Positions 7,756-16,417 of a DNA stretch of 32,000 nt are shown here, one piece after another (the stretch's first letter is position 1; every line of letters starts with the position of its first letter). The translations under genes were made by a program, and so were the position numbers. Origin of the DNA: Candidatus Saccharimonadota bacterium (lineage in GTDB: Bacteria > Patescibacteriota > Saccharimonadia > Saccharimonadales > Saccharimonadaceae). The notes beneath the pieces were generated by a model, which was given only the letters and a program-made list of their open reading frames with translations, did not search any database and had not been told where the DNA came from. Location: NCBI GenBank assembly GCA_002421785.1, contig DIRZ01000002.1:180001-212000 (forward strand), in the 5' to 3' direction.

Positions 7756-8880
7756 ATGACAGTCACTCCCCGCATTGCCATCGTCTGCGATTTCCTCACT
7801 ACTATGGGTGGGGCTGAGAATGTTGTGCTCGCAATGCATGAAGCCTTCCCTGACGCCCCGATTTATACCGCTGTGTACAATCCCGACAAGGTTCCGGCCT
7901 TTCGCAGGCTCGATGTCCGCACGTCGCGACTACAGCAATTGCCTGCTGCAGTGCGGAAGTACCACAAGCTCCTACCCACAATGGCCGTCAAAGCCATGCG
8001 CTCGCTCGACCTGAGTGAGTTTGATATCATTCTGACGAGTTCCTACCTGCATGGCCACCAGGTTACCAAGGCGCGCCCCGACCAGGTGGTGATTAATTAT
8101 TGCCACACGCCGCCACGCTACTACTGGAGCCACTACGACGAATACCGCCGCGACCCGGGCTACGGCAAACTCAACCCTGTTATTCGCGCCCTCATGCCAC
8201 TCATGGTGCCCCACCAACGCAAACTAGACCTCCAGGCAGCCAAGAACGTCGACGTGTTCATTGCTAATTCTACCGAGACACAAACGCGTATCAAACAATT
8301 CTACGGTCGCACCAGCACGGTCGTTCACCCACCGGTGGAAACAGCGCGCTTCAGCCCCGCACGCGAACGTGGTGAACACTATGTGACGATTGGCCGACAA
8401 TTGCCCTACAAACGTCATGATCTCGCGGTCGCCGCCGCAACCAAACTGGGCAAAAAGCTGATTGTATTTGGCAACGGCCCCGCCCACGAAGCACTCGTCA
8501 AACTCGCTGGCCCAACTATCGAATTCCGCACTGATCGCTTCGGCGACGCATCAGACATCGAATACGAAAAAGCCCTCAACGACGCCCGTGGGTTCATTTA
8601 CCCCGCCGAAGAAGACTTCGGTATCGTCAGTGTAGAAGCACTCGCAGCCGGCGCGCCCGTCATCGGCTATGCCCGCGGAGGCACGACCGATATCGTCACC
8701 TCACCCGAAGTCGGGGTACTATTCGACCACCAAACCGTCGACGATGTCGCCCAGGCTATCGAACTCGCCGAGCAGCGTACCTATTTCCCAAGTAAACTCA
8801 ACCGCACCGCCAAACGGTTCGACAAATCACTTTTTGTTACGAAGATGCGCAAAATTGTCAGCAATAATTTGCCGCGCTAA
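7756..8880 (+). CDS. Glycosyltransferase family 4 (GT-B, retaining)
   Basis: 374 aa. The N-terminus IAIVCDFLTTMGGAENVVLAM and the C-terminal E-x7-E region EDFGIVSVEALAAGAPVIGYARGGTTDIV are typical of GT4. Confidence 0.9.
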   Translation: MTVTPRIAIVCDFLTTMGGAENVVLAMHEAFPDAPIYTAVYNPDKVPAFRRLDVRTSRLQQLPAAVRKYHKLLPTMAVKAMRSLDLSEFDIILTSSYLHGHQVTKARPDQVVINYCHTPPRYYWSHYDEYRRDPGYGKLNPVIRALMPLMVPHQRKLDLQAAKNVDVFIANSTETQTRIKQFYGRTSTVVHPPVETARFSPARERGEHYVTIGRQLPYKRHDLAVAAATKLGKKLIVFGNGPAHEALVKLAGPTIEFRTDRFGDASDIEYEKALNDARGFIYPAEEDFGIVSVEALAAGAPVIGYARGGTTDIVTSPEVGVLFDHQTVDDVAQAIELAEQRTYFPSKLNRTAKRFDKSLFVTKMRKIVSNNLPR

Positions 8881-10634
8881 TACGCACTGCCGCCCGCACC
8901 CCAGCCATAGCCCTGATACCCAGCTGCTTTGTGATAATCGGTAATCTTGTGTGCACCGTCGAGCGGGCTACCCGCAGGCGCAATGTAGAGCTCGCTCATG
9001 TTCTTGCTATAGAGCACGTAGCTGTCGGTATACCAGCCATAAGGCGCGTAGTCTGTTGCGCTCACCTGTGTGCCGCCAGTCAGGTCTTTGCTCGCTTCGA
9101 ACGCAATTGTTTTACCATCGCGCACTTCTGCCCAGAACGCTCGGCTGCCGTCAGGCGACATCTGGTAACTCACACGGTTGTTATAAAATGCCGTATCGTC
9201 AATCGCAGCCAAGGCAACCTTGCCCGCAGTGTATTGATAAAACTCTTTGCCGTTATCGGGGCGACCGAGGCGCACAACATACACCCCTGGCTTCGTCAGT
9301 CCGGCATCTGCATAAATATCCGTCGTAGCCGGCACCTCCTTCAGTACAGTCTTTATGTTCCCCTCTACCGTCACCGCGACAATGCTCGTCGAGCGGCTTT
9401 TTTCCATGACATATCCGCCATAATTCCAATACTTCGCGTACACTACCTTGCCGTCAACGATTGCTGGAGTCGTAAAGTGCTGAGCCACCATGTCATAGTA
9501 ATTCGTTCCCGACCCAAGTGTGCCGTCTACTTCCTGGCGTTGACCGCTCTCGGGGTTGTAGCTAGCAATCGTTTCGGCTTTGTTTTGCCAACCAGCCAGG
9601 CTATTGCTCACCGTTTTGTAGTAAAACCTGCCCGCAACCCACCCGATAGGCTGGTACGTCACATCGGCGTCATCAACCAGCTTCAGCTGACCGTTCGTCG
9701 TCAGTGAATACAGTTTCGCTTGGTCAGCATCTCGCCGTGCAATGAGTATCAAGCTCGTCCAGCCCGGACTAGGCAATAGCGAAGTTTCGCCATCAAGTTC
9801 TTTCCCAGTCCCTTGCAACACGACCGCCTGATTAGTCCCATCCAGATCAGCGCTCATCACATTAATCGTACCTGTGCGTTTACTGAGGAAATAAAGTTTG
9901 CCAGTTGGTGTCAGTTTGACACTAATTTTCTGGTCATCGTTGGTTTTCATCTGTACCTTCACTTCAGCGCTGTTGTACGCCTCGGCCTTTGCGGTACCTG
10001 CCTGCTCGGCTTGCTTAATCGGCACCACAACGTTCGCCACGCCCTTGTCGTCACTCACCGCCGTGCTACCTTCTATATCGACTGCCACGCCTGCAACTAC
10101 CTGACCACTGATGGCGTTCGTAAAGGTAAAAGTAACCGTACGGCCGGTCGCCTGGATCTTCTTGGTTGTGTCCTTGGTGGGCATCAAGATTGGCACTGTG
10201 TGCGTACCAGTGAGGAGTTTGTAGTTCTTTTTGGTCACCTCTACCGTATACTCGCCAACAGGGACGCTATTGATAACCACTCGGCCCTTCGCATCTGATA
10301 TGCCATCGTAACGGCCCAGCGACACCTTGGCATCACTCACAGGCTTCTGGTTGGCCGAGTCGACGACAGTCAGTACGACTTGTTTGCTGACGAACAAGCC
10401 AGCAAAACCATAGCGGAGGAACGGCACAGCCATAAACGTTCCGACAAGAAGCGCGACGATAATGAGCGCGACGATGAGCTTTCGCTTGCGTGAGTGGCGA
10501 GGAGGCGTATAGACAACACTTTCCAGCCCAGTATCAGGCTGCTCTGTTGAGGTGTCCTCAGCCTTACCTTGCTGTTGATCGTCCTCGATGTCGTTCACTG
10601 CATCTTCGATTGCTACTTCATCATCCTTCTTCAT
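8877..10634 (-). CDS. Type II membrane protein with CarboxypepD_reg-like domains and a PD40/TolB-like beta-propeller
   Basis: 585 aa. It has an acidic N-terminal tail and one TM helix (LIVALIIVALLVGTFMAV). DAKGRVVINSVPVGEYTVEVTKKNYK is typical of carboxypeptidase-regulatory-like folds. PD40-like motifs are SADLDGTNQ and MSPDGSRAFWAEVRDGK. The SD GGGGA lies 5 nt before ATG 10634. The stop overlaps the stop of the convergent GT4 gene. Confidence 0.7.
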   Translation of the reverse strand: MKKDDEVAIEDAVNDIEDDQQQGKAEDTSTEQPDTGLESVVYTPPRHSRKRKLIVALIIVALLVGTFMAVPFLRYGFAGLFVSKQVVLTVVDSANQKPVSDAKVSLGRYDGISDAKGRVVINSVPVGEYTVEVTKKNYKLLTGTHTVPILMPTKDTTKKIQATGRTVTFTFTNAISGQVVAGVAVDIEGSTAVSDDKGVANVVVPIKQAEQAGTAKAEAYNSAEVKVQMKTNDDQKISVKLTPTGKLYFLSKRTGTINVMSADLDGTNQAVVLQGTGKELDGETSLLPSPGWTSLILIARRDADQAKLYSLTTNGQLKLVDDADVTYQPIGWVAGRFYYKTVSNSLAGWQNKAETIASYNPESGQRQEVDGTLGSGTNYYDMVAQHFTTPAIVDGKVVYAKYWNYGGYVMEKSRSTSIVAVTVEGNIKTVLKEVPATTDIYADAGLTKPGVYVVRLGRPDNGKEFYQYTAGKVALAAIDDTAFYNNRVSYQMSPDGSRAFWAEVRDGKTIAFEASKDLTGGTQVSATDYAPYGWYTDSYVLYSKNMSELYIAPAGSPLDGAHKITDYHKAAGYQGYGWGAGGSAY

Positions 10635-10696
10635 GTGATCCCCTTTGCCCCTAGTTTAGTCCATTCGCCAGGCGCGAGCAATAAGTGACTACCTAG

Positions 10697-10738
10697 TAAA
10701 ATCCCCCCTACTCCCGGGTGTCGGGAATAAGGGGGGGT
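10697..10738 (-). terminator. Putative intrinsic terminator downstream of the 173-aa gene
   Basis: On the - strand the sequence is CCCCCCCTTATTCCCGACACCCGGGAGTAGGGGGG followed by ATTTTAC. The outer stem is 7 bp (six G:C from a C6/G7 homopolymer pair plus one A:T). The inner stem is 5 bp (TCCCG/CGGGA) with a 5-nt loop. It begins about 20 nt after the stop at 10757. Confidence 0.5.
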
Positions 10739-10756
10739 AAAGGCGAAGGGCAGGCC

Positions 10757-11278
10757 TCACTCGGTCCACTGGGCACGCTCGATGGCGCGGATGAGCCAAC
10801 CGGGCGCCGTAGCGCTGCCGTAGTAGACAACCGCGACTGCCGAATCGTCTTCGCTGAACGTGACGAAGGTCACCAGTTCGGACGGCAGATCACAATCGCC
10901 CATGTGCCAGCCGGTATAGCCGCCCTTCAGTGAACCCGCCCAGTTGATGGGCTGCTGCGGGCCTTCGATAGCGCTGGGGCATCGGTAGGTCAGCTCTTCG
11001 CTGAACTCGCTCCAGCCGAAGTCCGCGCTGAAGACGATGGTCATCAAGCGCTCGCCAGCAGGCGTGTGGTATGTTGTCCGTACCTCGCCATACTGGCCCT
11101 TCGTCGGCTCCAGGACAACCCTGGTGCCCGCAGGCAGTTCGATGGAGTAGCCCTGGAACTGCTGTGATAGCACGGGTGTTGTGGGGCGGGCCTGGATCAC
11201 CAGTAGCACGAGGCACACCAGTACGGCCAGCGCGGCCGTCACAATCGCTCTGGTCTGGTGCATGCGAATCAACGTCAT
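10757..11278 (-). CDS. Membrane-anchored hypothetical protein with locally elevated GC
   Basis: 173 aa with an N-terminal TM helix (AIVTAALAVLVCLVLLVI) and then a Trp/Gly-containing ~140-aa domain I do not recognise. It has its own promoter-like and terminator-like signals. The nested track ORF 10890..11216 is a shadow. Confidence 0.6.
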   Translation of the reverse strand: MTLIRMHQTRAIVTAALAVLVCLVLLVIQARPTTPVLSQQFQGYSIELPAGTRVVLEPTKGQYGEVRTTYHTPAGERLMTIVFSADFGWSEFSEELTYRCPSAIEGPQQPINWAGSLKGGYTGWHMGDCDLPSELVTFVTFSEDDSAVAVVYYGSATAPGWLIRAIERAQWTE

Positions 11279-11301
11279 GGAGAACCCTTCTCTCAGGTAC
11301 G

Positions 11302-11316
11302 CCTACAGTCTGTAGG
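11302..11316. promoter_or_regulatory. Perfect 7-1-7 palindrome CCTACAGTCTGTAGG between the -10 box and the start of the 173-aa gene
   Basis: Read directly from the sequence. It lies about 10 nt downstream of the putative -10, so it is either an operator candidate or a 5' hairpin of the transcript. Confidence 0.4.
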
Positions 11317-11326
11317 TATTAATTAT

Positions 11327-11355
11327 ATAATACCATTTTTGCTATAATACGTCAA
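11327..11355 (-). promoter_or_regulatory. Near-consensus sigma70-type promoter for the 173-aa gene
   Basis: The reverse strand reads TTGACG (complement of 11350-11355), a 17-nt spacer ending in TGG, then TATTAT (complement of 11327-11332). It sits immediately downstream of the LRR gene stop. Confidence 0.5.
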
Positions 11356-11363
11356 TAATAGCA

Positions 11364-13178
11364 CTACTGCCTTGTGCGGATAGGTGCGCGTACGACGTCT
11401 CGTCGCATTGCAAATGCAATACCCGCAGCCAGTGTCACTACACCGACAGCAACTACCATGGTAGCATTAATTCCTGTACTTGCCAGTTCCCCGCTACCCG
11501 CCACACCAATGTAAATTGGATCAACAATGATGCCGTTAGCTGCACCGTCTTCGTCGAGGGCGCCACCGTCAGTCAGGTTGTAGGTGAGGATGGTTTTGCC
11601 GTTGTTGGTAGTAAACGTGACCTGGCTCGTGATGTCGGTTAGTGTACCGGCTATGTCTTTGTAGACACGGAGGGTGTCTGGGTTAGCCTGGGAGCCAAGG
11701 GTGAGGCTCACGGTAGTGGTAGCGGCGGTCGTGCAGTCTAGGGTGAAGCCAAGACCGCCGAGCATTGTGATGCCCTGAGGGGCCGAGACACTGCCAGGAG
11801 CTAATAGTTCGGCAGATTGGATAGTGCTACAGGTATTGTCGTTGGCAATAGAGAGCTTCGATTCGCTCAGCAGCGGTGAGGCAACGCTACCGGGAGTAGT
11901 GCTTGGAACAAGTGCACCATCGGCGACGTCATTGCTCACAAATGGCACTGAGAGGACTGGCTGGTTATACGTGAAGTCTAGCGTGTTGTCTCCAGCCACC
12001 AAAGTCTTAGCTTGCGGTGCTGGTGTGACGTAGCCGGAGATAGCCTGAGGAGTGAAGGTCTGTGTACTGCCGGCTCGGTAGTACTGAGCGAAGCCGGCGT
12101 CCATGGCGGCTTGTTCTGTGGGCGTGACGTTTTCTGGATCGAGAGGGGCGAAGGCACCACCAGCTGAGGCGCTATAGTTGGTCAGGGTTGAGCCATCACT
12201 AGACGCAGTACCAGTAACCTGTTTGACTGCCTCGATAACACTGCCATTTGTATCGACAGTATTGATGGTAGTACGAGCTGGATTGACAATGTGACCGCCG
12301 AGGGAGTCGCGAGTAGTGCCGTTGGCGTTGGCCTCCATACCCCACCACCACTCTTCGCTCATAACTCCATCTTGGATATTGTGTGGATTACTTGGATCGG
12401 CGGTATAGAGCTTGACGTACCAGATGCTGTCATAGGCACGTTGGACTTCGGCGGGGTCGTTAGACCAGATGCATGGCGCGCCGTTGTCGCACGAGTCTAG
12501 GTCGCGACCCCAGGGGTTTTGGATAGCAAAAGCCGTGGGGTGGATACTTGCAACACTTGATGGGATGGCGACGGTGGTGAGTTGGTTGTACTGAAAGGCA
12601 GAACTGCCAATACTCGTGACGCTACTTGGTATGGCGACGGTGGTGAGTTGGTTGGAGGAGAAGGCCTGATTGCCAATACTAGTTACGCTACTTGGTATGG
12701 TGATGGTGGTGAGTTGGTTGCGGTAGAAGGCGCCACTGCCAATACTCGTTACGCTACTTGGTATGGTGACGGTGGTAAGTCGATTGCTGACGAACGCGCC
12801 CGCGCCGATACTCGTTACGCTACTCGGAATGGTAACCGAGGTGAGTTGGTTGTACTGAAAGGCAGAATCGCCAATACTCACAACACTCACCCCTCCAATC
12901 GTCGCTGGTATATCAACAGCTCGTGGGCAGGCGGGGTTGGCAGAGTTGTTAGCTTCGTTGTCGTAGTAGTCGGTGATGGTACCCGTGCCGGCATTAAACG
13001 CAAAACATGAGTCGGGAGGAGTAGCGGCATTTGCACTGTCTGGAGTGGTGAGGAGGTTTTGGCCAGCTATGACGCCGCTCGCTAGGAGCGTAAAACCAAA
13101 TGAAACCAGTACGGTCTTTTTGGCAACAGTTTTCGCCATCTGCTTCGCGACGAATGACAGTGGTTGAGTGATGCGCAT
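11364..13178 (-). CDS. Secreted BspA-type leucine-rich-repeat surface protein with a C-terminal LAxTG cell-wall sorting signal
   Basis: 604 aa with a signal peptide (...SANA-A). There are six ~23-aa repeats of the form [20 protein letters not shown]. The C-terminal domain ends [21 protein letters not shown]. Then come LASTG, a hydrophobic helix ([21 protein letters not shown]) and a basic tail ([14 protein letters not shown]). Confidence 0.85.
   Translation of the reverse strand: MRITQPLSFVAKQMAKTVAKKTVLVSFGFTLLASGVIAGQNLLTTPDSANAATPPDSCFAFNAGTGTITDYYDNEANNSANPACPRAVDIPATIGGVSVVSIGDSAFQYNQLTSVTIPSSVTSIGAGAFVSNRLTTVTIPSSVTSIGSGAFYRNQLTTITIPSSVTSIGNQAFSSNQLTTVAIPSSVTSIGSSAFQYNQLTTVAIPSSVASIHPTAFAIQNPWGRDLDSCDNGAPCIWSNDPAEVQRAYDSIWYVKLYTADPSNPHNIQDGVMSEEWWWGMEANANGTTRDSLGGHIVNPARTTINTVDTNGSVIEAVKQVTGTASSDGSTLTNYSASAGGAFAPLDPENVTPTEQAAMDAGFAQYYRAGSTQTFTPQAISGYVTPAPQAKTLVAGDNTLDFTYNQPVLSVPFVSNDVADGALVPSTTPGSVASPLLSESKLSIANDNTCSTIQSAELLAPGSVSAPQGITMLGGLGFTLDCTTAATTTVSLTLGSQANPDTLRVYKDIAGTLTDITSQVTFTTNNGKTILTYNLTDGGALDEDGAANGIIVDPIYIGVAGSGELASTGINATMVVAVGVVTLAAGIAFAMRRDVVRAPIRTRQ
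12525..12911 (-). repeat. Tandem 69-bp coding repeats (about 5.5 copies) encoding the LRR units
   Basis: Units such as gccaatactcgtgacgctacttggtatggcgacggtggtgagttggtt recur every 69 nt. They correspond to aa 90-218 of the LRR protein. Confidence 0.85.
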
Positions 13179-13257
13179 GATGATTATATTCCCCTTTTTG
13201 TCTTTGACTCACCTTTTGTTCTCTCTTTTTGTTTGCTCGCACCAAACAGTTGCTTTA

Positions 13258-13286
13258 GTTATACCAGTAATGGTTACGGTAGTCAA
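13258..13286 (-). promoter_or_regulatory. Putative sigma70-type promoter for the LRR protein gene
   Basis: The reverse strand reads TTGACT (complement of 13281-13286), a 17-nt spacer ending in TGG, then TATAAC (complement of 13258-13263). A purine-rich leader of about 75 nt follows, containing the hairpin TGTTTG-gtgcgag-CAAACA. Confidence 0.45.
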
Positions 13287-13311
13287 CAGTTATCCCACAA
13301 GACAAATCACG

Positions 13312-15138
13312 CTATTCCACCGTCACGCTTTTGGCGAGGTTACGGGGTTGGTCTACATCATTACCGCGTGCCACGGCTACATAATACGCCATCAGTTGCG
13401 ACACAATATTGAATACCAACGGCACCAGCAGGTCAGATTTGGTCGCAATCCGCACGACTGTTTCGGCCTCCACCTTGCGTTTACTATTGGTGATGGCGAT
13501 GGCATGGGCGCCGCGCGCATTCATTTCTATCAGGTTACTCAGCGACTTCTCGAACAGCCAGTTGTCGGCAATAAAGCAGACTTCGAATACTTTGTCATCA
13601 ATTAGCGCAATCGAACCGTGCTTTAGCTCGCCCGCCGGGTAGCCCTCGGCATGCACATAGCTCACTTCTTTCAGTTTCAGCGAACCCTCCATGGCTGCCG
13701 GATACAGCGTATCGCGGCCCACATAGAGTGCGTGATCGTACTCGGCGTATTTATTAGCAATCTTCTTGATTTCCGCTTCATGGTTTTTCAGCACCCCGGC
13801 AATTTCTTCGGGCAATGCATCGAGTTCGTTGATCCAGGTGCCCAGCTCCCGCTTGCCCGCCCCTTTCGCCTGCGCCACCACCAGCCCGAACAGCACAATC
13901 GCCACGGTCTGCGATGTAAAGGCTTTAGTGCTCGCGACGCTAATTTCGGCGCCCACATGTACATACACGCCACCGTCAACTTCGCGGGCAATCGTACTGC
14001 CCACCGCATTCACAATGCCAAGGCAGCGCACGCCGCGTCGTTTCAGTTCTTGCAGGCAGGCAAGTGTGTCTGCGGTTTCACCAGACTGCGACACGATGAG
14101 GGCAATTGAATTATCGGCGACGTTAAACGACCGGTAGCGCAGCTCAGAAGCAATCTCCACTTGTATCGTCACGTCGTCACAAAATTGCTCCATAAAGTAG
14201 CTCGCTTGCAGCCCAGCATAATACGCCGTACCGCACCCGACAATGATGATATTACGGACTTGTCGCAGCTCATCGGCGCTCATGTTAATGCCGCCTAGTT
14301 GCGCGCGCATTTCATCCACTACCAGCCGGCCACTCAGCGTTGCCCGCAGGCTTTCGGGCTGCTCATGAATCTCCTTTGCCAAAAAGTGCTCATAGCCCTT
14401 CTTCTGGATAGATTGAATGTCCATTTCCAGGGTTTCAATCTGCGCCTCGACAGCACGGCTCTCAATGTCGTACAGCTGCACACCATCACGAGTGCATACG
14501 CCAATTTCGCCGTCATGCAAATACATCACCTTGTCGGTATAGCCCACGAGTGCGCTCGCGTCGCTCGCTACAAACACTTCGCCGTCGCCTACACCCACAA
14601 TCAATGGGCTGCCCTTGCGCGCGACTACCATTTCGTCAGGGTTCTTGGCACTTATAACGGCGATGCCATAGGCACCCACGACCATTTTTAGGGCTCCACT
14701 CACCGCTTCGAGCAAATTGCCTGATTCGCGGTAAATATAGTCGACGAGTGCAGATAATGCCTCGGTGTCGGTATCGCTCTTAAACACGTAGTCATGTTTG
14801 GCGAGCATGCTTTTAATCTCTTGGTAGTTTTCGATGATGCCATTGTGCACCAGGTAAATGTCACCCACAGCATGCGGATGCGCGTTGCGCTTGCTCGGCG
14901 CACCGTGCGTCGCCCAGCGAGTGTGCCCAATGCCCAGCGTATCGGTGGTTTGGTGAGCGGTAACCTTGTCTTCTAGCTCACTCACTTTACCTTTAGCACG
15001 TAGTAGTGTCGTTTGTGATTTTTTACTAATCGTTACGACTCCCGCACTGTCATAGCCCCGATATTCAAGCCGCTTCAGGCCGCTCATCAAAATATTTTGG
15101 GCTGTTTTATCACCAATGTAGCCAACGATTCCGCACAT
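13312..15138 (-). CDS. glmS: Glutamine--fructose-6-phosphate aminotransferase (isomerising)
   Basis: I set the start at MCGIVGYIG (ATG, complement of 15136-15138), because the catalytic N-terminal Cys must follow the initiator Met. The SIS-domain motif is VSQSGETADT, and the C-terminus is LAKSVTVE. The track's 24-aa N-terminal extension is rejected. Confidence 0.95.
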   Translation of the reverse strand: MCGIVGYIGDKTAQNILMSGLKRLEYRGYDSAGVVTISKKSQTTLLRAKGKVSELEDKVTAHQTTDTLGIGHTRWATHGAPSKRNAHPHAVGDIYLVHNGIIENYQEIKSMLAKHDYVFKSDTDTEALSALVDYIYRESGNLLEAVSGALKMVVGAYGIAVISAKNPDEMVVARKGSPLIVGVGDGEVFVASDASALVGYTDKVMYLHDGEIGVCTRDGVQLYDIESRAVEAQIETLEMDIQSIQKKGYEHFLAKEIHEQPESLRATLSGRLVVDEMRAQLGGINMSADELRQVRNIIIVGCGTAYYAGLQASYFMEQFCDDVTIQVEIASELRYRSFNVADNSIALIVSQSGETADTLACLQELKRRGVRCLGIVNAVGSTIAREVDGGVYVHVGAEISVASTKAFTSQTVAIVLFGLVVAQAKGAGKRELGTWINELDALPEEIAGVLKNHEAEIKKIANKYAEYDHALYVGRDTLYPAAMEGSLKLKEVSYVHAEGYPAGELKHGSIALIDDKVFEVCFIADNWLFEKSLSNLIEMNARGAHAIAITNSKRKVEAETVVRIATKSDLLVPLVFNIVSQLMAYYVAVARGNDVDQPRNLAKSVTVE

Positions 15139-15186
15139 AATTTCAATCCTTTCGGGCGCGTGCTCACCGGACGCAAACCTACGCTT

Positions 15187-15192
15187 ATTATA
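15187..15192 (-). promoter_or_regulatory. Putative -10 box TATAAT for glmS, with a leader of about 42 nt and SD AAAGGA
   Basis: The reverse strand reads GCGCTATAATAAGCG...CCCGAAAGGATTGAAATTATG. The upstream region is A/T-rich and carries 10-bp direct repeats. Confidence 0.4.
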
Positions 15193-15247
15193 GCGCCAGA
15201 AATGAAACAAATTTACAAAATTTTACAAAAATCAAAAATTACAACAG

Positions 15248-16291
15248 TTATGCCTGAATCTTTTTGGCAATTTCACCGCATCGAGCACTGACGTCTTTAC
15301 GAGCAACCAATATGCCGTCTGGTGTGTTTACGACAACAACATTGTCGAGCCCAATGACCGCAACCGGTTTGCCCGGTTCCTCATTGCGAATGTAAGTATT
15401 CTCGACTTCAATTGTATGAATATTCTCACCGTTACTGTAGTTGCCATCCTCGTCCTTATGAACAACGTCATGCAAATCTTTAAAGTTCCCGATATCCATC
15501 CAGTCGAATCCGGCAGACACAACCGCTAGGCTTTGGGCTTTTTCGATCAATGCGATGTCAATCACCTTATTCTCTAAGCTCAAATACGCTTGGTTATAGG
15601 TGTCACTGCCGTACTCACTAATTGCCGACAATGCATCGAATGCCTCTTTTAGGTCTGGGGCGCTACGGTTAATTTCGTTGAGGAATGTGTTTGTCGACCC
15701 CACAAAGTACCCACAGTTCCATAGGTAATTTCCGGATTCCATATACTGCCGAGCGGTCTCGAAATTAGGCTTTTCTTTGAAAGATTGCACATTGTAGACG
15801 CCACTTCCCGCATCTAGCTCACCGTCGCGCTCAATATACCCAAAGCCCGTGGCAGGAAACGTCGGCTCAATGCCAATCATGGTAATCTCGTTGTTCGCTT
15901 GCGACACTTTCGCAGCTACTTCAAACGACCGCGTAAAGCCTTTAATATCACGGATGTGATGATCTGCGTGAATAAAGGCAATCGGCTCATCTTTATCGTG
16001 ATGTCGCGCAATGTAATCAAGTGCAAACAAAATGCAGTTAGCGGTGCCGCGACGGCCTGGCTCAATAAGGAATGAGGCGTCAACGAGCTCTGGTATCTGC
16101 GCGCGCAATGCCTCAGAATGACTCGCTTCTGTAACAACGTACACCGTGCTCCCTAGTACAGCCGCGCGATCATACGCTTGCTGTACCATGCTTCGCTCAT
16201 TCGTAAGTGCTAGCAACTGTTTTGGACTATGTGATGTCGAGAGTGGCCACAATCGTGTACCCGACCCTCCTGCAATAATTACGGTAATCAT
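15248..16291 (-). CDS. manC: Mannose-1-phosphate guanylyltransferase (GDP-mannose pyrophosphorylase), without a C-terminal cupin/PMI domain
   Basis: The start MITVIIAGGSGTRLWPLS carries the G-G-x-G-T-R-L nucleotidyltransferase motif. The ATG is the complement of 16289-16291, with a TATAAT 7 nt upstream. Overall similarity to the ManC/CpsB N-terminal domain includes GTANCILFA, IHADH and WNCGYF. Confidence 0.88.
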   Translation of the reverse strand: MITVIIAGGSGTRLWPLSTSHSPKQLLALTNERSMVQQAYDRAAVLGSTVYVVTEASHSEALRAQIPELVDASFLIEPGRRGTANCILFALDYIARHHDKDEPIAFIHADHHIRDIKGFTRSFEVAAKVSQANNEITMIGIEPTFPATGFGYIERDGELDAGSGVYNVQSFKEKPNFETARQYMESGNYLWNCGYFVGSTNTFLNEINRSAPDLKEAFDALSAISEYGSDTYNQAYLSLENKVIDIALIEKAQSLAVVSAGFDWMDIGNFKDLHDVVHKDEDGNYSNGENIHTIEVENTYIRNEEPGKPVAVIGLDNVVVVNTPDGILVARKDVSARCGEIAKKIQA

Positions 16292-16298
16292 ACTGCTT

Positions 16299-16304
16299 AT
16301 TATA
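16299..16304 (-). promoter_or_regulatory. Putative -10 box TATAAT, 7 nt upstream of ATG 16291 (leaderless-type geometry)
   Basis: The reverse strand reads GGACTATAATAAGCAGTATG. Confidence 0.4.
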
Positions 16305-16417
16305 GTCCACCAGACGCCGCTATCGTGTTGTAATAACCACACAACCATCTTGCCAAATACCCACTAAATATGATTAAATAAGTATAAGTACTATAATAAA
16401 TAAACAGAGAATACATT

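Noticed and set aside
12525-12911. A CRISPR-like or satellite interpretation of the regularly spaced 69-bp repeats
   Set aside because: The repeats are contiguous with no unique spacers. They are in frame, and they translate to canonical 23-aa LRR units within a 604-aa ORF.
15139-15210. N-terminal extensions given by the ORF track: glmS to 15210, manC-like to 16348, Wzy_C to 3181 (TTG), GT4 to 20742 and GT4 to 28812 (TTG)
   Set aside because: - GlmS must begin Met-Cys (MCGIVG).
- The manC-like and Wzy_C internal ATGs sit 7 nt downstream of TATAAT/TACAAT boxes.
- The longer Wzy_C form would overlap the divergent gene.
- The 20727 and 28833 ATGs give the usual short overlaps with the upstream gene.
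15139-15247. A possible glmS ribozyme upstream of glmS
   Set aside because: The whole intergenic space is only 109 nt and about half of it is an A/T-rich promoter region. The predicted leader of about 42 nt is far shorter than a glmS ribozyme, which is roughly 170 nt. I could not find the conserved core or pseudoknot segments. A covariance-model search (Rfam glmS) would be decisive.
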